The notes under the pieces: generated by a model
Database searches by the model: none
What the model was told of the DNA's origin: nothing
The model's input: the letters and a program-made list of their open reading frames with translations, nothing else
In this document: positions 9,253 through 17,602 of the stretch, piece by piece
Layout: every line of letters starts with the position of its first letter
Position numbering within the stretch: position 1 is the first letter of the stretch
Made by a program: the position numbers and the translations under genes
Source of the DNA: an uncultured bacterium
Lineage (GTDB): Bacteria > Armatimonadota > Abditibacteriia > Abditibacteriales > Abditibacteriaceae
Reading direction: 5' to 3'
DNA length: 24,941 bases
Assembly: GCA_963843795.1 (NCBI GenBank)
Contig: CAWJLW010000009.1
Coordinates: 62,001 to 86,941 of the forward strand

Positions 9253-9294
9253 CGAGAAAAATGCCCAGCAAGTACTTGCTGGGCATTTTTCTCG
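9253..9294. terminator. Perfect 42-bp palindrome centred on GCAAGTACTTGC, probable bidirectional terminator
   Basis: CGAGAAAAATGCCCAGCAAGT|ACTTGCTGGGCATTTTTCTCG, 27 bp downstream of the GH5 stop, between convergent rep and GH5. Gives a GC-rich stem followed by TTTTT on either strand. Confidence 0.7.
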
Positions 9295-9321
9295 GCAACG
9301 ATTTGGTTTATACCCGACAAA

Positions 9322-10437
9322 CTATTCAGAATTTATGCTCGAGACATTTTTACGGCGTAGTTCTTCTCGCACTAATAGACCAGAAGGTGAGATGAGATCA
9401 TCGGCCCAACCGCCGGTGCCGTTCGCGCCGGGCTTTAAGGCAGCGGCGGTTTCTTCTTTGTCCGCTACCGACCAGTTGCACCAACTGATGGCGTTGTTAT
9501 CCAAGAACTTCCACCACAAACGGGTTTCTTCCTCATCGAGTTTGCCATTGCCGCTTGCTTCAGATGTCCCCCATTCGGTCACCATCAGCGCGATACCATT
9601 TTGCATGGCTCTGGCGGCTTCATCGCGCAGCCACTGTTTGTGCGTGGCGGCGTAATAATGGAGCGTGTAGGCGATGTTATCAAACTTCAAAGGGTCTTTT
9701 GAAGCTTCTTCCACCTGCTGCGACCAGCTTCGCGTGCCGCACACAATGATGTTGTCTGGGTCGTGTTGCCGGATCGTGCGAATAACGGCCTCGTGATACG
9801 GCTTGATGGTTTCTGACCACGAAGCGTTGTTCAACGGCTCATTCCACGTTTCGTAAATAACGTTCGGCGAATCTTTATACTTCTCGGCCATCTCGGCGAA
9901 GAACTTTTGAGCCGCTGCGGTGTTGTGCTGAGCTTCGTGATCGTGCCAGTCGATGAGGACGTAAATGCCCTGTTCGATGGCGGCATCTACGACAGCGATG
10001 ACTTTTTGTTTTTCCTGTTCCGGATTAGCCAGATAGCCGCCCGAACCAACGGCCATCGCCGCACGAACGATGGTACAATTCCAATCGTCGCTCAGCCATT
10101 TGACGGCTTCCCGATTATAAAACTGTCCCATCCACTGGCTCCAGAACAGCGACATACCGCGCAGTTGGACGGTCTTTCCGTCCTTATCGACGATGCGGTT
10201 GCCCTGCACCCGCAACTGGCCATGCTGCTCCACGATTGTGGGCCGAATAGACGGGCGCTGGGATGAAGCAAGGCGCTCAGGAGAAGGGACGGTCGCGGAA
10301 TCAGCAGTGGCTTGGGCAGCTGCTGCTGAAGCGCCCAACTGTCCGTTAGAAATTGTGATGCCAGACATCAAAACACCACACATCAGAAAAATCATTTTCT
10401 GACCTTGAGCAGGGCGGGCGTGGACTCTTATTTTCAT
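9322..10437 (-). CDS. Glycoside hydrolase family 5 endoglucanase (subfamily 2-like), probably secreted
   Basis: VQLRGMSLFWSQW, IVRAAM, YVLIDWHDH, catalytic acid/base in IYETWNEP, AYTLHYYAATH, nucleophile in VTEWG, SWCNWSVADK. Hydrophobic Ala-rich N-terminus. Start uncertain (10437 or 10395). Confidence 0.92.
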   Translation of the reverse strand: MKIRVHARPAQGQKMIFLMCGVLMSGITISNGQLGASAAAAQATADSATVPSPERLASSQRPSIRPTIVEQHGQLRVQGNRIVDKDGKTVQLRGMSLFWSQWMGQFYNREAVKWLSDDWNCTIVRAAMAVGSGGYLANPEQEKQKVIAVVDAAIEQGIYVLIDWHDHEAQHNTAAAQKFFAEMAEKYKDSPNVIYETWNEPLNNASWSETIKPYHEAVIRTIRQHDPDNIIVCGTRSWSQQVEEASKDPLKFDNIAYTLHYYAATHKQWLRDEAARAMQNGIALMVTEWGTSEASGNGKLDEEETRLWWKFLDNNAISWCNWSVADKEETAAALKPGANGTGGWADDLISPSGLLVREELRRKNVSSINSE

Positions 10438-10735
10438 GGGAGCAAGTGAGTCAATCGAATTTATCGGGCTGTGTGCACAGAACGTAAATATTATACCCAC
10501 GGGCGCAAAGTCCAAACGCCCAGGCGTGAATTAAAGGCGATGTCTCCAAAACCACCGTTTCCCAGATTTTGTTGTTGACTGTATTCTTTAGGGGAGGAAA
10601 AACCGACTACGGGGCACCTGTTGTGCCTCGCTGCGTTCGGAATAAAATTCTTTCATTGAGGAATTTCTATTGAGTTTCCATTGCAGCGAAGTATTCGGCG
10701 CTGCAAGTACTTGCAGGGTTGAAAAACACAAAATT

Positions 10736-11734
10736 ATGAAAAATAGACTGTTGGGAAGTTCGGACACAACCGTTTCAGAGATCGGTTTGGGTACCTGGCA
10801 AATTGGCGGTTCGTGGGGCGAAGTGAGCGAAAAGGAAGCACTGGACATTTTGCAAGCAGCTGCGCAAAACGGCGTCAACTTTTTCGATACCGCTGATGTT
10901 TACGGCGATGGGCGCAGCGAAAAACTGATTGGCCAGTTTCTACGTGACAGCGATCTGCGCGAGGACGATGAGAAAATCTTTGTCGCCACTAAATTAGGAC
11001 GGGGCGGCGATCCGGGTTGGCCGGAGAATTTCACACTTTCTGCGATGCGGCAGCACACGCAAAATTCTTTGGGACGTTTGGGCGTTTCCTGTCTCGATTT
11101 GACACAGCTGCACTGTGTACCGACTGAGGTTTTGCGCGACGGAGAAATTTTTGAGCATCTGCGCACTTTACAAAGTGAAGGCTTGATTCAGCGCTTTGGA
11201 GCCAGCGTCGAATCGAATGAAGAAGCGCTGATTTGTTTGCAGCAAGACGGTTTGGCTTCGTTGCAAATCATTTTCAATATTTTTCGCCAGAAACCGATTG
11301 ATGAATTGTTCCAGCGCGCACAAGAAAAGGGCGTGGCGATTATCGTGCGTTTGCCGCTGGCCAGCGGTTTGCTTTCAGGAAAATTCGACAAAAATACGCA
11401 ATTCGACAAAGACGATCATCGTAATTTCAACCGCGACGGCGACGCTTTCAACGTTGGCGAAACTTTCGCCGGTTTGCCCTTCGAACTGGGCGTCGAATTG
11501 GCCGATCAATTGAAAAGCCGCGTGCCCGATAACATGACAATGGCACAAATGGCGTTGCGCTGGATTTTAGATTTTCCGGCTGTGACGACGATTATTCCGG
11601 GCGCCAGTCGCGTTTCGCAGGTAGAATCGAACGTTTCGGCCAGCGAACTCGCGCCATTGAGTGAAACCTTGCACGCCGAGTTACGCAGTTGGTATCGGAA
11701 TAATGTCGCGGACAACATTCGCGGGCCGTATTAA
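10736..11734 (+). CDS. Aldo/keto reductase
   Basis: SEIGLGTWQIGG, NFFDTADVYGDGRSEKLIG, FVATK, LDLTQLH, RLPLASGLLSGK, IIPGAS. Confidence 0.95.
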   Translation: MKNRLLGSSDTTVSEIGLGTWQIGGSWGEVSEKEALDILQAAAQNGVNFFDTADVYGDGRSEKLIGQFLRDSDLREDDEKIFVATKLGRGGDPGWPENFTLSAMRQHTQNSLGRLGVSCLDLTQLHCVPTEVLRDGEIFEHLRTLQSEGLIQRFGASVESNEEALICLQQDGLASLQIIFNIFRQKPIDELFQRAQEKGVAIIVRLPLASGLLSGKFDKNTQFDKDDHRNFNRDGDAFNVGETFAGLPFELGVELADQLKSRVPDNMTMAQMALRWILDFPAVTTIIPGASRVSQVESNVSASELAPLSETLHAELRSWYRNNVADNIRGPY

Positions 11735-11756
11735 AATTTACTTAGCAGATGTAAAA

Positions 11757-11808
11757 TGCCACATTATCAGGCCGCTGCAAGTACTTGCAGCAGCCTGATA
11801 ATGTGGCA
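11757..11808. terminator. 52-bp near-perfect palindrome centred on GCAAGTACTTGC, possible terminator
   Basis: TGCCACATTATCAGGCCGCTGCAAGT|ACTTGCAGCAGCCTGATAATGTGGCA with one mismatched pair, 22 bp after the AKR stop, between convergent genes. No clear U-tract on the + strand. Confidence 0.55.
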
Positions 11809-12195
11809 AATGTTTCGAAGGAAAGCGACAACGCTGAATCAAAGCGCGCAGGGTTTTGGGTGCTCTGAGAGGGCAACAAACTTTGGGCTGCAATGTTTCT
11901 TCTGCGGACATCAGTCTCAATCGATTGATGCACTTCGCTCGTTGCCGCTGCGACTTAGCGTTAGGCTGGAATCTTTAGTAACCGGATTAATACAAGTCAA
12001 TTTTCTGCTTTCAATACGCATCCACAGCTTGAATTTTTGGGATAGTTAGAGTGCTGGTCACTCTCACACGATTGCCTCGAATTTGTAAGCCACGATTGTC
12101 GCCAAGAAACTGCTGGTCAAGTCCAATGTAGCCCTATGCACTATTGAAAAACACCATCTCTGCTCCAATTGTGTCTTATTGACTCTGGTTTGTCT

Positions 12196-13179
12196 TTATC
12201 TTTGACTGACCTGAAGTAAAATCTTGCCGAAGCTTTCGTTGCCTTCCATATAGGCGTGTGCTTTGGCTACCTCTCCGAATTCGAACACCCGATCAATAAC
12301 GGGACGCACGACTTCGCGATTGAGAAGCGGTACCACCTGTTGGGTAAAGCGCCGGGTGACGCCGATCTTTTCTTCCAGTGAGCGACTCCTGAGAACGGTG
12401 CCCACAATCTTCAACCGCTTGCGCATAACGAGGCTCAGATCGATCTCCGCACGCGCACCGGCCAGTGTGCCAACCTGGACCAGTCGTCCTTGTGGTGACA
12501 ACGCTTCAAGATTGCTTGCGAAGTAGGGTTGACCGACAAAATCTACAATGACCTGCACTCCGACACCACGGGTGGTTTCGTGCAGGGCGGCTGCGAAATC
12601 GGGTAAAGGAAGAACCATATCCAATCCCAGCTGCCGGGCGTGTTCCAATTTGCTTGGCGAGCGTGCTGTGCCGTAGGTGGTGCAGCAGAGCGCGCTGGCC
12701 AGTTGGAGCGCTGCGGTTCCGACTCCTGACCCCACCGCGTGGATTAATACGCTTTCGCCCATTTTGAGATCGGCCTGCCCGAACAGAGCGTCGTGGGCAG
12801 TCATAAAAGCTTCGGGAATCGCACCGGCTTCGAGATCACTCAAATTGTCTGGCACAGGTGCCAGTAAATCCTGATGTGTCACCACGAACTCGGCATAAGC
12901 ACCTCCGCCGACCAGGCCAAAGACGCGGTCGCCGATCTCCCAGGCAGTGGCATTTGACCCCAAAGCTTCCACAACGCCCATGATTTCCAGGCCCGGCACA
13001 TCGGGCGGCGCGCCCGGAGGTGCCGGATATTGTCCCTGCCGCTGCATGATATCGGCACGGTTAAGACCGGCGACTCGAACGCGCACACGCACTTCAAGTG
13101 GGCCGGGCTCTGGCAGAGGGCGCTCCTGAATATCGAGAACGTCGGTGCCGCCCGGACGGGTGATAGAGATAATTTTCAT
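12196..13179 (-). CDS. NAD(P)H-quinone oxidoreductase, PIG3/zeta-crystallin-like MDR family
   Basis: AGLNRADIMQRQGQYPAPPGAPPDVPGLE, GGGAYAE, IPEAFMTAHDAL, VLIHAVGSGVGTAA, GTVLRSRSLEEK, AHAYMEGNESFGKILL. Confidence 0.93.
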   Translation of the reverse strand: MKIISITRPGGTDVLDIQERPLPEPGPLEVRVRVRVAGLNRADIMQRQGQYPAPPGAPPDVPGLEIMGVVEALGSNATAWEIGDRVFGLVGGGAYAEFVVTHQDLLAPVPDNLSDLEAGAIPEAFMTAHDALFGQADLKMGESVLIHAVGSGVGTAALQLASALCCTTYGTARSPSKLEHARQLGLDMVLPLPDFAAALHETTRGVGVQVIVDFVGQPYFASNLEALSPQGRLVQVGTLAGARAEIDLSLVMRKRLKIVGTVLRSRSLEEKIGVTRRFTQQVVPLLNREVVRPVIDRVFEFGEVAKAHAYMEGNESFGKILLQVSQR

Positions 13180-13359
13180 AGGCTGAACCGGGTGCCGATT
13201 TGGGGCCACTAATATTCACCAAACGTACTTTTTTCCGCTTAACATTAGTTTCCGCTTATATTTTAGAATGAGCACTGTAGAGAACCAGGATGCTAAATGG
13301 GCTTTAGCTGAGTCAAATCATCCCTTATACTTTCCTGCGTTTGATGCCGCGCACGATTG

Positions 13360-14021
13360 TGGACTTCACCCGCTAATGTGGACAATCAGTTAAGCATAGC
13401 TTTCTCGTAATCGTGTGGGCTAATGATGAATACGGGGACTGCCTTAGCGCCCTTTGTTCTCGTGAAAAACGAACTGATGTGGGCGACTAGCTTCTTCGTG
13501 TGCTGGGCACGCTGGCTTAGGGGCCGTTTCTGCCATTGATAAAAGGCGCTTCTGGTTACTGCTGTCACTCGCAGCAGAACGCTTATCTGAAACTGTCCTT
13601 GATGCTGTAAAGATAGCGCATCTCCTTCGTCACCGGCTTGGCTGAGAGCCGGGTGACCGTAAGCGGGCAGCGCTGATGGCTGACGGTAAGACTTCTCGCT
13701 CCTGGCGCAGCACTTCGTTTTCACGTCGCAGTCGCGACAGTTCTTCATCTTGGGGTTGTCCTTGACCGGGAAAAGCTTTCTGGCCGTTTTGCTGGGCATC
13801 TTTTTTCTTTCTACTGACCATATTGTCGTTCAAGCCAAAGTCTCGTGACACTTGGGCGATGCTCAAACCCCTTTCTGTGACTAGGCGGACAGACAAACCG
13901 CTTCACGTTTGAACTCGCTGCTGGGTGGTTTGCGTTTGGTTGGCTTGTGTTGCACTCGCATAATGGCTCCTGTGGTTCCAGTTTCTCTTTTTCAACTGTC
14001 CGCATTTGCGGATGAGTGCCA
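13360..14021 (-). mobile_element. Internally deleted, non-autonomous IS3-family element (662 bp)
   Basis: Imperfect 25-bp terminal inverted repeats (13360-13384 and 13997-14021, 19/25 match, TG...CA ends). Frameshifted OrfA from ATG 13961: SSEFKREAV / RLVTERGLSIAQVSRDFGL...ELSRLRRENEVLRQEREVL. OrfB start (VTRSAFYQWQKRPLSQRAQ) is joined directly to the OrfB end (SPHDYE) with no DDE core. No clear target-site duplication. Confidence 0.85.
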
Positions 14022-14184
14022 GTTCTACCATCACCCAGTGCGGATGAGAAATCGATGCAGTGACCGGTTTCTCACGCCTGAAATTATTACAAAGCGCTTT
14101 GCAGCAATAGCCTACACTTCAAAGGTGCTGCAAGTACTTGCAAAGTAATACTTGTGGAGAATTGCCGGGAAGGTTGAACAACCG

Positions 14185-17100
14185 ATGGGATTTTGGCACA
14201 TTGAGCTTCTGGGTGGATTGCGCGCTTATTCACTCAGTGAGGGTGGGGACGAGGGCACTGGTAAAACCGTGCGTTTTCGCACTCATAAAACTGGCGCGTT
14301 GCTGGCGATGTTGGCGTTTTATCGGCGTCCCCTGTCGCGCGAGGTGTTAATCGACGAGCTGTGGCCCGATGCCGCGCTCGAAACTGGACGCAATAATTTG
14401 CGCATCGCCTTGTCTTCGCTGCGCCGCCAATTGGAACCGTCGCCTTTGGAAGCTGGTTCGGTGATCGTGAGCAATCGGGCCAATATCGCGCTGAGTTCGG
14501 CTTTGGTGACGACTGATGTAGCCGCCTTTGAAAGCGCGTGTCGCAGCGCACAAAATTTGGCCCGGACGCTGCCCGATAATTTGGCGCGCAGCGATGCAGC
14601 GGCGTTGCTGCCGTTGCAACAGGCGTGGCAAAGCGCGTGTGATGCCTACAGTGGTGCGCTACTGCCAGGCTTTTATGAGAACTGGATTTTACCACAGGAG
14701 CAACGTTTGGAGGCACAGTTCGCGCGTGCTGTGCGGGCTTTGATCGAACTGTGCCATGAACGTCGCGATACGACGGCCTGGCTGAATGCCGTGCAGCGCG
14801 GGCTGGAAATCGAACCTCAAAACGCTGACTGGATCGAGGCCTCTGCCCAGGCGCGCCACAGGCCAACCCTTGCCCCACAACTCTCACTGGGCGCTGTATC
14901 GAGCGCGCCTATTTCTCCTGCGCAGGCTTCGCTGGCCGGTGAAGCGCCGCTGCTGGTTTTGCCACCGCAGTGGACACCTTTTGTCGGGCGCCAGAACGAA
15001 ATGGCGCAGCTCGAAGCACTGCTGCGGCAACCTTCCACGCGCTTCGTAACTTTGTGGGGAGCCGGTGGCAGTGGCAAAACTCGCCTCGCCATCGAAACCG
15101 CACGCGCTCTGGACGAAAATCATCGGGTCGGCAAAACGTTGTCGGCTGCGCACAACAGCGATTTCACGGCGATTTATTTCGTGCCTCTGACTACGGTGCA
15201 AACAGTAGAAAGGCTCGCCGCAGCGATAGTGACCGCTGCGAACAATCGGGAAGCGCTAGTGAACAGTGAAACGGGCACTGCAAGTACTTGCTGGGACGAT
15301 TTGGCGCTTTTGCTCAATGGGCGTCGCGCGTTGTTGATTCTCGATAATTGCGAACAACTGGCGCCCGAGTGCGGCGATTTCCTGGAAACTTTGCTGGAAC
15401 GCTGGCCGCAAACTACGCTGCTGGCCACGTCGCGCCGTTTGTTGCGCACGCGCGGTGAACAGGTGCTGCTACTGGCGTCGCTGGCTTGCCCAGCGGCGAA
15501 CGCCAACACGTTGACACCTGGGGAAGCGATGGATTGCGAGGCGGTGCGTTTATTTGTCGAACGCGCGCGCGCGGTGCGCGCCGATTTCGCCCTCACACCG
15601 CGCAACGTGGAAATTATTGCCGAACTGGTGCGGCGCTTGGAAGGTTCACCGCTGGCCATCGAATTGGCCGCAGCGCGCGCCGGGGTTTTGTCGCCGCAGG
15701 CCATGTTGAAACAATTGCAAACTCCGCTACAATTTCTTACCCGCCGTGCCTCAGCTCCGTCTATCAGTGTAGCGGCCAGCAATTGGGGCACGGACAGCGA
15801 GCGCGAACGGGCGCGTCATAGTGGTTTGCGCGCCTGTGTGCAGTGGAGCTTCGATTTGCTCAATGCGCCGCTGCAACAAGTGTGGGCGCAACTGGCGATT
15901 TTTCGCGGCGGCTGGACGCTGGACGCCGCGCGCGTCGTGTGTTTGGACAACAGCGATGAAGCACGCGCTCTCGATGCCCTGGACACTTTGCGCGATGCGT
16001 CGATGATCGAGATTATTAGTCATGCCGACGAAACACCGGTGCGTTTTTCGATGCCAGAAACCTTGCGCGAGTTCGCCCACTCGCGGCTCAGCGAAACGCA
16101 ACACGCCGCTCTGGAAGCGCGGCACAGCGCGTATTTCGTCGCGCTCGCGGAGCGTCACGAAACCCAATATAATGCGACCGGCGAATGGGGGCTGGACCAA
16201 GCGAGCGAGCCCGAACTCGAACTTCCCAACTGGCGCGCCGTATTTGAACGCGCCGCTTTCGAGAGTGCCGCGGCAAACGGTGCTTCCTCATCCGAAATGC
16301 ACGAAAACGTGTTGCGTGTGTTGGGAGCGCTCTGGTGGTTTTGGTCGTTGCACGGCCATCTGCGCGAGGGCCGCAGCTTGACCACGCATTGGCTGCCCGA
16401 TCCGGATGCGTCTTGTGCTGATGAAGCAAGTCGGGAAACCATGCACATTTGGGCCCGCGCTCAGAGTAGCGCGGGTGCCGTGGCGTTCCACGTTGGTGCC
16501 GGCGCCGAAGCGCAACGTCGCATTCGGGTCGCGCAAGCGTTGTGGGAGAAATCGGGCGATGCGCTCAGCGCGGCGGGCGCGTGGAATTATCTGGGGTCTG
16601 TAGCCTTAGCGCAAGGAGAATTCGCTGCGGCGCGGTCGCACTATACGACCAGTTTGCGGCTGTATGAGCAATATCCCACACCTGCAGAGCCGGACGCACG
16701 GCACTTAGCCATCGCGCTCAGTTGCCTGGCCAGTGCCGAATACGCCGCCGCCGATTATATGGCGGCGCGCGAATGCATCAAACGAGCACGCCCGTTTTGG
16801 GATGAAAGTGGAAATCGTGGTGGACAGGGCTGGCTGCTGTCCATTGAAGGTTGGATAGCCGAAGCCAGTGAAGAGTGGCTCACTGCGCGCGCCCTGCACG
16901 CGCGCGCTCTGGAATTGCGCAGCACCGCCGCCCCGCGCAGCATCGCCAACGCTCGAGCCGATGTCGCGCGCGTGGCTGCCGCTCTGGGCCATGATGACCA
17001 AGCGCGCACTGGTTGGCAGGAAAGTCTGCGCAATCATTGGGAAAATGGTCGCACCTCCGACGCGTTGCCCTGCCTGGAAGGCGTGGCCAGCGTCTTTGAT

Positions 17101-17319
17101 GCTGACGACCAAGACGCCTGCGAACGTGCCGCACAAATCTATGCAGCCACACAAATTTTACGCGCCGAAACTTATGTGCCCACTTATCAACGCGCCGTCC
17201 TCGCACGCGCACAAGCCCGGCTCTCACAAACGCTCGACGACAATCAACGGCGCGCCTGCGCTGCCGTGGGACAAACCCTGTCTTTTGGTGAAATCGTCGA
17301 ACTCGCCCTCCAAAGCTGA
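14185..17319 (+). CDS. AfsR/SARP-like regulator: winged-helix + BTAD + STAND (NB-ARC-like) ATPase + TPR repeats (1044 aa)
   Basis: IELLGGL...KTGALLAMLAF...LSREVLIDELWPD...RNNLRIALSSLRRQL (OmpR-type HTH). TDVAAF...YSGALLPGFYENWI (BTAD). FVGRQNE, Walker A GAGGSGKTRLA, Walker B LLILDNCEQL, GSPLAIELAAAR, FRGGWTLDAA. TPR-like units such as AWNYLGSVALAQGEFAAARSHY. Confidence 0.9.
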   Translation: MGFWHIELLGGLRAYSLSEGGDEGTGKTVRFRTHKTGALLAMLAFYRRPLSREVLIDELWPDAALETGRNNLRIALSSLRRQLEPSPLEAGSVIVSNRANIALSSALVTTDVAAFESACRSAQNLARTLPDNLARSDAAALLPLQQAWQSACDAYSGALLPGFYENWILPQEQRLEAQFARAVRALIELCHERRDTTAWLNAVQRGLEIEPQNADWIEASAQARHRPTLAPQLSLGAVSSAPISPAQASLAGEAPLLVLPPQWTPFVGRQNEMAQLEALLRQPSTRFVTLWGAGGSGKTRLAIETARALDENHRVGKTLSAAHNSDFTAIYFVPLTTVQTVERLAAAIVTAANNREALVNSETGTASTCWDDLALLLNGRRALLILDNCEQLAPECGDFLETLLERWPQTTLLATSRRLLRTRGEQVLLLASLACPAANANTLTPGEAMDCEAVRLFVERARAVRADFALTPRNVEIIAELVRRLEGSPLAIELAAARAGVLSPQAMLKQLQTPLQFLTRRASAPSISVAASNWGTDSERERARHSGLRACVQWSFDLLNAPLQQVWAQLAIFRGGWTLDAARVVCLDNSDEARALDALDTLRDASMIEIISHADETPVRFSMPETLREFAHSRLSETQHAALEARHSAYFVALAERHETQYNATGEWGLDQASEPELELPNWRAVFERAAFESAAANGASSSEMHENVLRVLGALWWFWSLHGHLREGRSLTTHWLPDPDASCADEASRETMHIWARAQSSAGAVAFHVGAGAEAQRRIRVAQALWEKSGDALSAAGAWNYLGSVALAQGEFAAARSHYTTSLRLYEQYPTPAEPDARHLAIALSCLASAEYAAADYMAARECIKRARPFWDESGNRGGQGWLLSIEGWIAEASEEWLTARALHARALELRSTAAPRSIANARADVARVAAALGHDDQARTGWQESLRNHWENGRTSDALPCLEGVASVFDADDQDACERAAQIYAATQILRAETYVPTYQRAVLARAQARLSQTLDDNQRRACAAVGQTLSFGEIVELALQS

Positions 17320-17459
17320 CCCCACCAGGGAAGCGCGGACGCAGAAAATCTAGAATTCTGTAACCGAAGTCGCGTTGTGCTTGACGTCGTGCTTCAATCA
17401 TAGGAAAGGGCCACTGCAAGTACTTGCAGAGCAGACAAAGGAAATTTTGTTGGTTTTAT

Positions 17460-17518
17460 TGACATTTTTTTCAAATGTCACTTTTTGACATGATGTTGAC
17501 ATGATGCCCTTTTACAAT
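17460..17518 (+). promoter_or_regulatory. Putative activator-dependent promoter of the large secreted protein
   Basis: Inverted repeat TGACATTT-N5-AAATGTCA (17460-17480), perfect tandem 11-bp repeat TTGACATGATG x2 (17485-17506), and -10-like TACAAT (17513-17518). The two TTGACA hexamers are 22 and 11 bp from TACAAT, neither at the canonical 17. Confidence 0.55.
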
Positions 17519-17602
17519 GGAATTGTTTTCTCCCACATGAAGATAAAAATGCCCTGCAGATACTTGCAGGGCGACGGCGATGAGGGAAGAAGGAGAAATT
17601 TT

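Noticed and set aside
11810..12190. Small gene or ncRNA between the AKR and the oxidoreductase
   Set aside because: The short ORFs have no recognisable motifs or RBS, and no RNA family structure could be identified by eye.
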